This document shows positions 1 through 17,585 of a stretch of DNA of 64,000 nucleotides, piece by piece (position 1 is the first letter of the stretch; the number at the start of each line of letters is the position of its first letter). Under the pieces are notes generated by a model, which searched no databases, was not told the origin of the DNA, and saw nothing but the letters and a program-made list of their open reading frames with translations. The translations under genes and the position numbers were made by a program. The stretch is from Neoconidiobolus thromboides FSU 785 (taxonomy: Eukaryota > Fungi > Entomophthoromycota), in NCBI GenBank assembly GCA_025603075.1, contig MU626261.1, positions 186,001 through 250,000 of the forward strand, given 5' to 3'.

Positions 1-647
1 ATTATTTAATTGAATGTCGGTTAATGTTACATAGTTGAAAATTTGTATTTTATCAAATAATTTTTAGTTATTTAACATATAACCATAAATAATGAAATGC
101 AAATGATATTTTATCTTTAGAAAGTAAGAGAGCATTCTTCAAGTAAAATTTAGAGAATGCCATTAGTAAGGATAGTATAGCGATTTTGTTGTTAATATAA
201 CATATATACTTAGCGTAAAAACAGTTATACTTTTTTATAATTTAGCGAATTTAAAACATTTTAGAATGTAAACGTTACCTATAATAAAAGGGATAATTTG
301 TAAAAAATCTGGGTTGAATATTTACTTTTAATGGTTTATTGATAACTTAAGGTGACAACTACCTTACTATTGTTTTGATATTTGATCGAAACTATTATTT
401 TTAATACAACGTCAATATATAAGTGCAACATGACTAAGTTCAATCAACTTTTTCACTAGAACATAGCCTGTATTATAGTTCCAACCTCAATAAAATTGTA
501 TAGAATAACAAACTTAGAATTCTACAAACAATTTATTTTGCTTAAGATAAAAAATTATTAATTTTATAGAAAACAAGCCTATTTAAGTAACAAAACACAA
601 CTTTGAGTTTAGTGCAGCAAACCTAAAACTAAAAGCTTAGCACAACT

Positions 648-2051
648 TTAATTATCAATATCTGCCATATCACTTGTAATGTTCGATCCTGGGTTCCTAA
701 TTGGTTCAAAGTAAGGGTGTGCCATAGCCTCAGTAGGGGTCAATCTTTCCTATTTAATTTGTCAATTGATGCTTTTTAAAATTTTAAGCGTTTTTACTTG
801 ATGGTCATAACGGAGTAGCTTGTCTAAATAATCTATCGCTGCATTAGACACTAACTTTTGGTTTTCCGGGGTTATGAACTTGCTCCATGGTTTAAGTGGA
901 TATCTAATTTGAATTAAGTTATCTTTTAAATGATATTTATGACAAACTTACCTTCCAAGAATTTCATCGTATCTGCGATCAAGCTTAATCTTATATTTAT
1001 CTATGTAATCAAATAATTTTTCAGTTCCTAATACTTTAGCGATTTTGACAAGTTGGTCATAATTATCCGAGCCTATTACATCAATTATTTAACATTATTT
1101 TCAACTTATTTCTATAAATTTCATACCATGAAAGAAAGGCTCTTTACGGAAGATCTACAATTTTTTTAGTATTTAGTTTTAAAAAGAAAAAACTTAATTA
1201 CCATGCTGGCAAGCATACACCCAACACTCCACATATCTAGGGAATAATCATACATTTGGAAATCAACTAAAAGTTCTGGACCTTTAAAATAACGTGAAGC
1301 AACTCTTACATTATATTCCATTTTAGGGTGATAAAATTCAGCAAGACCCCAATCAATAAGACGAAGCTATATCTAATATTAATTATGCCATTAAAATATG
1401 TTATTCTTTACCTTTCTTTTGGAATGGTCAATCATTACGTTATGTGGCTTTACATCTCTATGCATAATACCACGAGAGTGACAGAAATCAAGGGCCTTTG
1501 AAATTCAGTATTTATACAGAAAAAATAAATTGACTCACCTTAAGCAACTCATACATATAATAACGAATATCATAATCGGTGAAAGTACCATAAAGCACTT
1601 TAAAATCAGTATTTGCTACATGTTCAAAAATTAAAGCCGGGGTTTTGGCCTTTAAAAATTAGCATTTAGCATAAATTTTTTGAACCAAAAATTACCGCTG
1701 GGTCCCTAACAATATCCAAAAGCCCAATGATGTTGACTCCACCAGCTAAGTTTTGTAAGATCTTGATCTCCCTCTTAATTTTCTTCTTTTTTACTGGTTT
1801 CAAAACTTTGATAATACATTTTTCTCTTGTATTGGGATTCACTCCTTCAAATACTTCCGAATATTTACCACGGCCTACTTTTTTGCAGATCTCGTAGTTG
1901 TCTTGTTCTCTGAATAGATTTTATAAATAAAGTCACATGTATAATTGGTGGTAACTTACCCCCAACTGATAGCTAAATTTTCATAATCCCAATACTCGTT
2001 TGGAAGTTTGGATAGTACATCCGTATACTCACGAGCTACACTCTCAATCAT
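648..2051 (-). CDS. CKA1: Casein kinase II catalytic (alpha) subunit, multi-exon
   Basis: The minus strand reads [26 protein letters not shown]..., then [53 protein letters not shown] and ...[16 protein letters not shown]...IDN*. It is split by short GT-AG introns. The paralog number (CKA1 vs CKA2) cannot be resolved. Confidence 0.95.
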
Positions 2052-2221
2052 AATGCTAGAGATGAAAAATTTGCCTAAAAATTTTTATTCCTTATGGATT
2101 AATATGGCAGCAATTTCTTAAGTTATGGGATAAACTAAGAAAAGCCAATCAAATTTTAACTCGTAGATTTACTAAAATTTATAAACAAAAAAATTATGTT
2201 CGAGATACTTTATTTAACATT

Positions 2222-5200
2222 ATGAAAATAACACTCAATACAACTTTATACGGGCTTTTAATGCTCAGTGGCTTATCAGTGGTCCAATCCGCGGTAATGT
2301 CAATTGATTTTGGTACTGAATGGATAAAGATAGGATTAGTTAAACCATCCGTTCCATTTGATATTGTACTCAATAGAGATTCTAAACGTAAAACCCAAGC
2401 GGTACTTACCATCCGTGGAACTGAAAGGACTTTTAGTGTCAATGGACAAGCATTGGTAAGCATGATATTAAGCTCGGCAATGTAAATCTAATACTTTTAA
2501 AGGGAATAAGGTTTCCTAAAGACTCATTTTATGACCTTAAGTTAATTTTGGGTCAACATTTTGACTCAAAGCAGAGTAACCAGTATCGTAGCACTCACTG
2601 GAATCGGATTTCAAAAGCTGATAACAAAAACGTGACCTTATTTACCTCGGATAATGGCTCAAAATATTTAGCTGAAGAACTTACTGCTATGCTTTTCCAA
2701 TATGCCAGAGAAGAGGCTGAGATAACTGCTGGAGAAAAGATTAAAGATGTTGTGATTACAGTAAGTATCAAACAATATTTTGTTTTTAAGAAGAGTATTA
2801 ATATACGTATTAGATCCCACCATATTTCAACCAATATGAAAGACAAGCGATTTTAGATGCAGCAGAGATAGCTGAATTAAAAGTTCTTAGCTTAGTTAGT
2901 GATGGAAGTGCAGTTGCATTAAATTATGCTATGACTAGAAAGTTTGCTTCAGGTCCACAAAAGCATATTATTTATGATATTGGATCTGGAAACTCAGTGG
3001 CTACTTTGGTTAATATTAAAGAAACTACAGCAAAGGAAGGAAAGTATAAAAGAAACGTTACTTACACTTCAATAGATGTGTTAGGTGTAGGATACGATAA
3101 AGAACTTGGTGGTAAATATTTTGATTCTAAAATCCAAAAATTACTCATTGAGAGATTTACTTCAAACAATCCATCTTTATCTACTCCAATTACTGAATCC
3201 CCTCGTGCACTTGCTAAGCTTCTTAAAGATTCAACCAAAATGAAGCAAATATTGAGTGCTAATAATGATGCTTCATTATCGGTATTATTATAGTTACAGC
3301 AATTCCAACTTATATTTATATCTACTTTACTATAGATCGAGTCCCTCTATGAAGATGTAGATTTCAAATCAAAGATTACTAGAGAAGAATTCGAAAAAGC
3401 TTCCGAAGATTTATTTGAAAGAGTACTTAACCCCATCAAAGACATTCTCGATTCATCCAAGTTGACTATTGTAAGCTAATATAGACGGTATAGTTAATGT
3501 TTTTTAACATAAGTTATAGGACCAAATCGATTCCATTATCCTTGTTGGTGGGGGTGTTAGAATACCAAAAATTCAAGCTGCTCTTGTTAAATTTGCAGGT
3601 GAAAAGAAAATTTCTCAAAGTGTTAATGGGGATGAGTCTGCTGCTATTGGTAAGTTAATTTTACTATCGTACTAAAATGTTTTTTATACTATTTAACCAG
3701 GCGCAACTTTCCGTGGAGCATCATTATCTAGTCAATTTAAAGTTAAAGATATCAGACTTAAAGAAGCAAACACTTACCCAATTGAAGCCGTTATAATCCC
3801 AGTTAACAAAGGTAATAAACTTTATATTTTAAATTTTATTCTAAAAGATAAATAGATGTTGGAGAGAAAACAACTGTATCTATTATCAATTCAAACCAAG
3901 CTGCTTTTGAGCATAAATTTATGCCTATTAAATTCAATTCTGATTTTGATTTCACACTCCAATACCCTGAAAACCTTACTTCAATTAAAGAGTAAGTTGT
4001 ATTTTATTATAAAAAATTATATTTATTGATTCCTATTTTAGAGAATATGGCTGCCATCAGCTTGGTGAAGCTACTGTTCGTGGAATTGATGAAAATTTAA
4101 AGAAATTAAAAGATAGGATTGTTGGAGAACCTAAAGTACGTGTTTTGGTATCTATTTCTACTGCTGGTATTATTTCCACACCAAAAGCACAATTAGTACT
4201 CCAACTCACACCTTTGGAAAAACCATCTGAAAGTAAAATAATTTTATTTTATTTAGTTAGTTTAGACTAAACTATTTTTAGCCCCTGAATCTGTAACTAA
4301 CACCGAAGATGCTAAAGAATCAGCAAACGTAATTGATTTTTAGTTAGTCTAGATGTATTTTAATATGATTATTTTAGGCTACTGAAACAAATAAAGAAGA
4401 TTCTAAAAAGACAGTAATTGAAAAGATTCAATTAGAACTAAAATATACTCCAACTTGTTTCCTTCCAATGAATAAACAAGAGATCAAAGAAGCTTCTAAT
4501 AAGTAAGCCTTATAGTTTATTTATCATGATTTTCTAACAACTTTTATAGATTAGCTGAGCTCAATAGGATCGATAAAGAAAGATATGCACGCGATGAAGC
4601 TTTAAATAGCCTTGAGTCCTTTATCTATTCGAATGATTATTTTATTGAAAGCGAAGAAATCGTTGAAATTACTACATCAGAAGAACGTGAAAAATTAGAA
4701 AAAGCGGTTATTTCAGCTTCTGAATGGTTATTGGAGAACTCAGATGCTACTAAAAATGAGTTTGCTAAAAAACTTAAAGAATTACAGTAATTATTTATAG
4801 GATCATAATAGGTTAAAATATCTAATTTTTATTACAGGACTATTAAAATTCCAATTGAATTACGTCGTAAAGAAATTGATAATCGACCAAAAGCAATTGA
4901 AAGCCTTGAAGAGACGTTAAATAGTGTTGAAGTTTATGTAGATAAATTAGTTCAAAATCTTACCGTGGAACATAAAGAAATTTTAGCTCCGGTCTATAAA
5001 GAAATTCAAGATGAAGCTTCAGCAGCTAAATTATGGTTAAAAGAAAAAGTAGAACAGCAAGCTAAACTTGCAAGTTATCAAGAACCCATTTTATTATCTA
5101 AAGATATTGAAAGTAGACATAAAAAATTAGATGATCTTAAATTTAAATTAGTTGCTAAAATTGTTTCCCTTCCTAAACCTCAAGAAAGTTCAAATGCTTC

Positions 5201-5363
5201 GAAAGATAAAGATGATTCCACTGTACACACATCTAATACTGAAAAAACTGAAAGTGAAAATGAGCATGAACCCAGTACCAAATCCAATAAGGAGGATGCT
5301 GAATCAAAACCTGTTGAATCAGACAAAAAAGAAAGTGCTAAAGATGAAAAGGATGAGCTTTAA
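2222..5363 (+). CDS. LHS1: ER Hsp70-family nucleotide exchange factor (Lhs1/Grp170/HYOU1), about 12 exons
   Basis: Signal peptide, then AVMSIDFGTEWIKIGL, LNRDSKRKT, IYDIGSG and ILVGGGVRIPKIQ. The acidic C-terminus ends in KDEL*. I read 11 GT-AG introns. Confidence 0.92.
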
Positions 5364-5800
5364 AGTGAATCTTGAATCTTATATTTAGAAATAAAAAGTC
5401 GCACAAGTTTATGTTCTGGTATAAAATGTTATGTTTCTTTTATTAAATTAGTAGATAAATTTTACTCTAATATGACAACTGTCATTTTTAAAAGATGAAA
5501 CTGTTGACTTGATAAATTCTAAAGATTAGTACGTGGTAGTGTTTTTTTGGTTTCATCACTTTTTTCATTTTTGAGCACTGTTTGAATGGAAACATTGTTA
5601 GTAAAGTTCTTAACAAAAAAACACATTCACACGATTTAAAATCCTATCAAATACAGCTAACTAGAAAATATAAAACTTAAAGAATAAATTTAAATTCAAT
5701 GTTCAAAATAATAAATATTCGTTTTCTCCTTTGTGCAAAGTATTAAAAACAAATGACGAATGATACTACAAGATTTAATTATAATTAATACGTTACTAGC

Positions 5801-7926
5801 TTACTCGATAAGATTTGGTGAAGGAATATATAAGGTAAGTAAACCCGCAATGATCGAAGATACACCACCAATACGGAGTAAAAATCCAACTGGTTCTGGG
5901 TATTTATTTACGTTTAAATCAGCGCTGTTGTTGTATTTTGAATCAACTGAATTGCTCTTAAATAGACCATTTTTATACTTTGAATCCTTTTCCAACTCAT
6001 AATTAGTATACGGAACATAAATACTTGAAGGAAGTAATCGCTTGTAAGCCTTAGCAGTAACTTGTGCTTTTTCATGGGAAACATCGTCTTCAGAAGCACC
6101 ATAAAAATAGAACACAAATGTGGAAAAAAAATTGACAATAAATTGAGGTAATACAATATAAATATTATGAACACCTAAAATCAATCCCGCATCAAGTTCC
6201 AGTTCCTCCTCACTACCATTAACCCTAATACTATTGGATGTATTTGCTAAGTCATCGGGTTGAATTTGATGATTATGATGGTTAGCTTTAGAAACCAAAA
6301 TGCGCGTAAATTCGCCAATTATTGAAAATGGAGCCCACATCATAATTGCCCAAGAGACTCCACAAGTGGCTATAATAAATGTAACTGAAAATATAGAATT
6401 TACAAAATAACCAGAGAGCATTAAAATACCAAACAGAAAATGAGATAAGGCAAACAAGACTCTTATGTTTAAAAAGGAGAATAATTTTGAAATTATATTA
6501 CTTTCATTGGCAATAGGTGGTGACTCTAAAGTATCATTTATAACCACTCCATTAAGAGTTTGATTACGATGATGGGCTACTTCATTAAATGTAATTGCTG
6601 GTAATATAAAGGAAGCAAATAAAGATACAATCGAATATAAGAACAAAGCAAAGGATCCAACTTTAGCTGCTTCAATCAAAAAAACAGGTCTGTTAGGATT
6701 TTCGGTTCTACTTAATATCTCTGCTACCCAAGTTGTACTATTTTTGTTAATTTGATTCTTAACTCACTAAAATTATAAATTACCTATAGAATAAAAACGG
6801 AAACCAGCCTATCCATGCAAAAAATTGGACATTACATACTTTCTGAATACAATCGGGTAGATTCCTCAACGATTTAATAATTCTCTTAAACACGTATAAA
6901 GAAAATTTTAATACACTAAATAATGTTAATAAATAATTAACTAATACTTCAGCTAGAGATATACCTCAAATTCTCTAAACTATCACAGTCGCTTTCATAT
7001 TGTTTTTCAATTGTGTAAAAACAAGTAATAGCCAATGTTATCGCAAAAAAAGTGGACGCTAAGATACAAAGTACTTTCATTTGACTAGACCCTAAGTAAG
7101 GAAATACTTTAGGTAAGTCGACAAAGCCAACAAAATAACCAATGATATTTCCAATGCCAATCATTCGGCTTGCATAAGCATTGGCTATCTCTTGTTGTTC
7201 CAATGGGGAGACATCTACGATCAAAGCTCTTAGACATGCCTGTACAGCGTTGATTGAAAAATCCAATAAATAGAAACCTAATGAAGCCAATAGTAACACA
7301 TTTGTATTATAATTCTAATAGAATGATTATTTTAACTATTTTTAAATTATAAAATAAATTTACATCTGACTTTGATTTATAAAAAAAACTGACGATATCT
7401 TCCGTATAAGCAATCAATACCATAGATACTACTACAATTAAATAACCAGTGATAATAAATGGTCGCCTTCTTCCAAATTTACTCGTACTTTTATCACTTA
7501 TACATCCGATAACTGGTTGTACCAACAAACCTTTTATTAATTAGTTAAATCTTTTTTCTTTTGTTTAGTCAAATTACCAGATAATGGCCCAGCTAGCCAA
7601 ACAATAGACAATATTGGTTTTGGCATACCTAAAGAAACTAAATATAATGTTCCATAACTAAAACAAAGGTTAGTTATTATAAGTAATAAATTTAATACAA
7701 AACATACGCCAACTCAATGGTCCCTAAAAGAAATTAGATTAGTAATTTATCAATTGAATGAATTTAAATTACAAGTAAATTGCATTCCAGCTAAAGCAAT
7801 GGTTAAAGTGATCAACTTTAAAAATGAAAGTTCGTTTTCGCCATCTCCCTTGTTGCTTTTTCTACCTTCCAAAGATCCATAATTATTCGTTTTAATAAAT
7901 AAATGATTTCTTTCTTGATCAAACAT
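5801..7926 (-). CDS. GPH-family (SUT1/SLC45-like) alpha-glucoside/sucrose:H+ symporter
   Basis: WTIELAYG (across a 16-nt microexon), [67 protein letters not shown] and [18 protein letters not shown] are characteristic of the Sut1/SLC45 family. Confidence 0.88.
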
Positions 7927-9219
7927 ATTTTAAAAATTAAAACAAGAAAATGAAAATACAGTGACTGTTTTTTATTTTAAGATACTTCTTAAAAAACATT
8001 TTGAAATCTTAGGTTTTAACTGAAACTTCATTGGTTGGAAGTAAAATTTTCATAGTCATTTTTTAACATTAAGGTTTTAATTAACTTTATTCTACTCAAA
8101 TAGGTTTAGGTTGTAGCCTTAAGATTAAATAACTGTTATTATGAGATCACTTTTATATGGCCCAAGTATTTTTATTGAAACTGAAATAGAACTTAATTTA
8201 TATAGTTTTCTAGCTGCTTTGTAAGGCTTATAAAAAGTGTCAAAAGTAAGACATTTCAAGGTGAAATTTTTAATAAATTTTTACCCCTTTAATTAATTTT
8301 TGATATTTTAAAGTCAAAAGTATTACCCCAGTTTATGTTAACAGTTGAACTTATATCAAGATTTTGGGACAAACAAAACAAGGTTGCCAATTAATAAAAT
8401 TTTAAAATGTTAATCTTGATTGGTATTTTGAGTAATTCTTATTGATGATACAAATATTACATTTTTATATTGGATTTGAAGCCATTAAATAAAGTTTTTA
8501 TTCTGCATAATTTGGTTGTAATTATTTTTTTACTAAAAAATCAATTAAATTACAATTTTATGATTTCGACATATTGAAAACTTATAAAATCAAAAATAAA
8601 TGAACATTTGTATAATTTTTTACATTAATAAGATATAGAATATTTTTATTCATTAATATTGAATTGTACCACTTTTTAAATAGCTCACTTGTTTTTTATT
8701 TTGGGAGGTAGTTAAAATACGCTTATTTATTTCAGATCATCATACTGTTATTTCAAATTGTTCTTGTTTTTTTGTCTTTTGATTAAATATTTTAAATCTT
8801 ATACAAAGTTTTGTATATATACTATTTAAACACTCAGCAATGCAATATTATAATATGCAATAAGATCATCATAGTATACAATCCTTTTATTTTTTTATTT
8901 TTTTATATATATTTTTAATTAACTTTTTGATATAAAAAAATATATAAAATAAAAAGCTAGAAAAAAAGCGAAGTAAATTAATTAAACAGATTTAATATAG
9001 GAATTTCAAAAGAAAGTTAAAAACGCGAATTAGAATTGTCTATAAATGTCTAAAAGCTCCAAGATTCTATTTTTGATCGAATCTATTTATGATTAAGTTA
9101 ATCAAAATAAGGAGCATTTATAAATTGAAAGTATAGAAATAAATTTAAGGTTTATAATTTACAACTCTATTCTTTTTGATTCTTAATTACTTTTATATTA
9201 TAATCATCATAGATCATAA

Positions 9220-10728
9220 ATGATCTCTTTACTAACTTCAATGTTTAATATTTTACTCTTATTCACCTTCTATCTAACTTCACTAGTTGCACAACAACCA
9301 GCAGTGTATGGAGGAGGTTGTGGTATTATTGATGATGTATTATATCATGTAGGGGGTAGCACCATTGATACAAAAAAAAATAAAGTCGAAGGTATACCAA
9401 TAAAAGAAGCATACTCCTTAAATCTAAAAGAGGGATTTAAATTAAAAGATTCTATGTATGCACCATGGAAATCATTAACTGAGAATAACTCACCGATAGC
9501 TCATGCGCCAGGTGTCGCGGTTCATCAAGCTAGTAAATCAATATTTATGTTTGGCGGTATGTATACTAAAAGTAAAGATTCATTTCAAATATTCGATATT
9601 AAAAATAAAAAATGGCATAATAATCAAGAGGCAGTTAATAAATTTTATATTGATCCATTATCAGATGGTACTAAAATGGAAAACTCGTTTTATATTTCTA
9701 CCTTTACTGTAGATGATAGAAATGAAAATAAATATTATCATTATGGCGGAGTAGTTTTAAATAATAACGAAACATTTGCAGAAGCTAGAGGAGCATTATC
9801 TGTATTTGATGCTAAAACTAATCAATGGTCATGGCCAAATAACAACCTAGCTAAAATCAAATCCCATACAGCTCAATTTTTTAAAAGCAAGTTGTTTGTA
9901 TTAGGTGGGGTTCAATTTGAAAATGACAGTTTAATGCCATTAAATATAGTAATGGTCTTTGATTTATCTTCATTAAAATGGGAAAACAAAACAATTAAAG
10001 GAGAAATACCCAGCCCGCGTCTTGGCTTAAAATCCCAAATAATTGAAGATAATTTAATAATAGTTGGTGGAGCTAGTAATATGGACATAACTCAATTCCC
10101 CAATTCCGATATTTTTATATTAAATTTAAATGATTTAAATAACTTAAAATGGCAAAAAATTACAATTAACGGCTTTATTCAAGCTTTTTTACCTTGTTTA
10201 GCTTATTATAATGAACATTTAATATTTTCTTTTGGTTACCATGAATCAATTAGTGCAAACACTCAACTCGTTAACACCAAAACTTGGAAATTGGTGGAGG
10301 AATTGCCCCCGAATGATTCATCAAAAGGCAACGATGTAAGTAAAAAAGATATCAAGGTAGAAGATAATAACAATAACACTGAAGAAAGCCCACTTAATTT
10401 ACCTGCTATTATCGGTGGTTCTATAGGTGGGGCAATATTTATATTATTGATTATAATATTAGTATGGTATTTACTACGCAAAAAACAAAATAAATCAGAT
10501 ATGCAACCTGGTATTAATTTAGACCATGGAAAAGGATACGAACCACCTAAATTACTACAAGCTCAAATATGGGTAGATAAGCCAGCCGTTATTGAAGAGC
10601 CGTCATTCAGTTTATCAACAGATACTCATTTACCTGATTTTGATGATGATATTCATTTTATATCTAGTGGAAATCCCTCTTTAATTAATTCTAAAACAAG
10701 ATCCACTTTAAATAATTCTTATAATTAA
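9220..10728 (+). CDS. Intronless secreted Kelch beta-propeller protein with one C-terminal TM helix (family copy A)
   Basis: 502-aa ORF with a signal peptide and Kelch GG motifs (LYHVGG, FMFGG, YHYGG, LFVLGG, IIVGG). TM segment PAIIGGSIGGAIFILLIIILVWYLL is followed by RKKQ. Confidence 0.85.
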   Translation: MISLLTSMFNILLLFTFYLTSLVAQQPAVYGGGCGIIDDVLYHVGGSTIDTKKNKVEGIPIKEAYSLNLKEGFKLKDSMYAPWKSLTENNSPIAHAPGVAVHQASKSIFMFGGMYTKSKDSFQIFDIKNKKWHNNQEAVNKFYIDPLSDGTKMENSFYISTFTVDDRNENKYYHYGGVVLNNNETFAEARGALSVFDAKTNQWSWPNNNLAKIKSHTAQFFKSKLFVLGGVQFENDSLMPLNIVMVFDLSSLKWENKTIKGEIPSPRLGLKSQIIEDNLIIVGGASNMDITQFPNSDIFILNLNDLNNLKWQKITINGFIQAFLPCLAYYNEHLIFSFGYHESISANTQLVNTKTWKLVEELPPNDSSKGNDVSKKDIKVEDNNNNTEESPLNLPAIIGGSIGGAIFILLIIILVWYLLRKKQNKSDMQPGINLDHGKGYEPPKLLQAQIWVDKPAVIEEPSFSLSTDTHLPDFDDDIHFISSGNPSLINSKTRSTLNNSYN

Positions 10729-11275
10729 ATTCAAATAATTGTTTTATTTATCATTATAATTTTATTTTTTGAATTAGCTTTCATTTAAATGTTTTTCATT
10801 TTTTTAGATTTGTTAGTAATACTTTTATATTGGTTCAGTAGCTGTATAAAAAATCAAAGTTTCTGACTCATTAAAGAATTTAGCAACAAATTAAAAGAAA
10901 TAAGTAACATCTAAATGCAATCAATTCTAAATTGATTTTTTTCATTAAATGAAATGGTTTTTATCTTTTGACTAATATATTTTTAATAATATTAGTATTT
11001 TATAGCTCTTTTACATAGTACAAAGAAATATTATTTAAGAGTATTAATCTAAAAGAAATAACTCACATTTTAAATAAAAATAATACACTATTTAAGAAAC
11101 AATCATTTCAAAGCTAAAAGTTAATAATCTTAAAAAAGATTTTATTATCCAAATTCAAAGCTTGAAAATAATTGGAGCTTAAATTAATAATCTAATTTAA
11201 GTAAATTCAAACTCATTTTTAAAGTGCTTTTGATAGTTCAATTAATTTTGAAATTTTTCTGATATCAATTATAAG

Positions 11276-15129
<3,854 letters not shown>

Positions 15130-15982
15130 AACAAGTTTTATGAAATAAAAATGAAAAAATTGTAAAAATATAAATTTATTTTTTGAAAATATTGAAATTT
15201 TTTAATACTTTAATAAGTTTAAAAGTTTAATGTAAATTAAGATATGAATCAGTATGAAATTACAAACCATTTGCTCAAATACTAATAATTTTTTGATAGC
15301 TGGTAGTAATTGACCAAACAGTTCGTAACTTCCTACTGGTTCACATCTTTAAATACATGTAAATTCAAGCAAAGATTTATGTTTTCAATTTACTTTTTTG
15401 TTCACTTTTTATATAGTATATATTAAAAAATAATCAACAAATATTGACTAAAAAAACGTTTATATAGGAATTATTTTGAAATTCAATAAAAAGCAATTCT
15501 CTGATACTTTGTTAAATTTATAATTTCTACAAAAAACAAACTGAAAAATTAAATTGAGTTGAAACCAACATTCAAATATACAAATAGACTAAATTTACGT
15601 TTCTAGTGAAAATAGCTTGAATGTTTTGTTTAGTTTTTAATTTAGCATATTATATTAAATAAAAATCAAGTCCATTAGACTATTATGAAGAGTATTGTAA
15701 TCAATGCTTGACAAAATAGATCCTATATCCTAAGTATTAGAAAATTACATTACAAATTATTACTCAGGTGACTGCAGACTTTCGATGTATTAAAATTATG
15801 AGCCATGATTATTATGGGTCAATTTTAAAATCTACTAAATATTGTAAAAAAATAATGAATTTTATTTTACTTTATTCTATTAATAACAGCATTTGAAAAA
15901 GCTATTGTTTAATATATTTTCATATTTAAACAAAGTTAATTGATGTTCATTTTATTTTTTATCTAAAATACACTTTTATATT

Positions 15983-16685
15983 TTATTCATTAAACCCGTC
16001 TAAAAGAGCCCATGGGTTAGCACTTTCTACTGGTTTACGTTCAGTTACTCCATTGACGGGACGACGATCTCCACCTTTATAGCTGTTAGCTGGCATGGTA
16101 AAACTAGAGTCATCCTCTTCAACATTAACAGCTTCAGGCTCAACTTCAGGTTCAGGTTTAGTTTCAGATTTAACAGCGGAAGCAGGGGCAGCTTGAGTTT
16201 CTTCTTTCTTAGCTGCTTTACTCTTCTTCTTTTTATCCTTAACTGATGGTTTTTGATAAATACATATTACCTTATAAACTGATTTGTAAAAATTTACCTT
16301 GTTCATTCTCATTTTGTTGCTTTGAAACAACTTCAGGTTCTTGAACTTTTTCGATTTCTTTTTTAGCAGGAGTATCAACAGGGACGCCATTTTTCTTATC
16401 CTTATTTTTCTTTGGACTAGCTTTTTCGGTCACCTTTTCCAGTTTTTCTTGATTTGATTTAGCATTCGATTTGGGTTCGACCTTAGCGTTTGTTTTATTA
16501 TCATTTTTATTTTTCTTTGATTTTGACTTTGCTTTGGGTGCTGCCTTTTCTACTACTTCTTCAATCTCTTCAACTACCTTATTTTTAAGGTTTTTGACCG
16601 ACTTTTTCTTTTCAGGGGAAAGATAGAGATAGAGAGCACCTGGAATAACAATTCCAACAAAGACGAATACAACCAAAGACCACAT
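15983..16685 (-). CDS. Hypothetical Lys/Glu-rich protein with an N-terminal signal anchor, one intron
   Basis: MWSLVVFVFVGIVIPGALYLYL, then a low-complexity charged region. Two overlapping ORFs are joined by a short intron near 16230-16270. Ends ...ANPWALLDGFNE*. Confidence 0.65.
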
Positions 16686-17481
16686 TTTGAGTTAAGTCTT
16701 AAATTTAAATTAATTTATGAAACATAACAAAAAAAAGGATCGAATATTTATAGTGGATGTGAAATATATTATTTTGAATGAGATATACTTACTTAAACTT
16801 AAAAACCTTTAACAAGTGAATAGGTAATCCAAGTTACTTATTAACTCATTTTAAATTAAGGCTCATTTCGTTAAAGCCTACCAACCAGATTTAGCCACAG
16901 TCAATAATTCCAATCATTCTACGTTATTCATTTAATCTTCACTAATTTCATCAAAACAATACTTAATTTAACCAATTAAAGGTGGATAGGTTTTAGGTCC
17001 AAATGAAAATTTATCCTGTCTAAATTTGATGAATAATACTGCGGGGTAAACCCTACTATTTTTAACTTTATTAATAATTCAAATTAAACGTAGATTGAGT
17101 TTTTTAATTTAGTTCATAAAAATATATTTTTTACTATTTCAGGTCAAGTAAGCACAAAGAGTAAATGCTCAAACTACGTTTCATTTAAATCAATAGTAAC
17201 ATTTAAAATTTTTATAAAATTAACAATTTTATTTTAACAACTATTAAAACAGCCGAACATTTAATTAACTTAGTAATCACAAAGTATATATAATACGTAA
17301 GTAAAGATTAATACATGTCATAAGAATTTTTTTACAACCATTTATAACCAACTACGAGCTAGATTAATATCTATATATTGATTAAACTATTTGCTAAGAC
17401 TAAATTTTATTTTGTTCTTCTATCACAATATAGAACTAAATACAAAAAAGCGTTTAAATAATTATATATTAAATTTAAACA

Positions 17482-17585
17482 TATGGGGATGTATTTTTGT
17501 GTTTAAGAATTTTACTAACAATCTTTCTACTTAAATAGTGCTTAAAAAATGGAAAAGTAATGAAATCAAAAAAAACATCCCCATA
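17482..17585 (+). mobile_element. MITE family 1, copy 1
   Basis: TA-TGGGGATGTATTTTT...AAAAAAAACATCCCCA-TA with a 100-bp core. Confidence 0.9.

Noticed and set aside
8780-8960. AT-rich imperfect palindromes upstream of Kelch copy A
   Set aside because: They are built from A/T runs with no TSD or second copy, as expected at this base composition.
16860-17060. Slightly GC-richer stretch with a TGATGA motif (possible C/D snoRNA or gene relic)
   Set aside because: I found no convincing box D with terminal stem, no recognisable antisense element and no coherent ORF.
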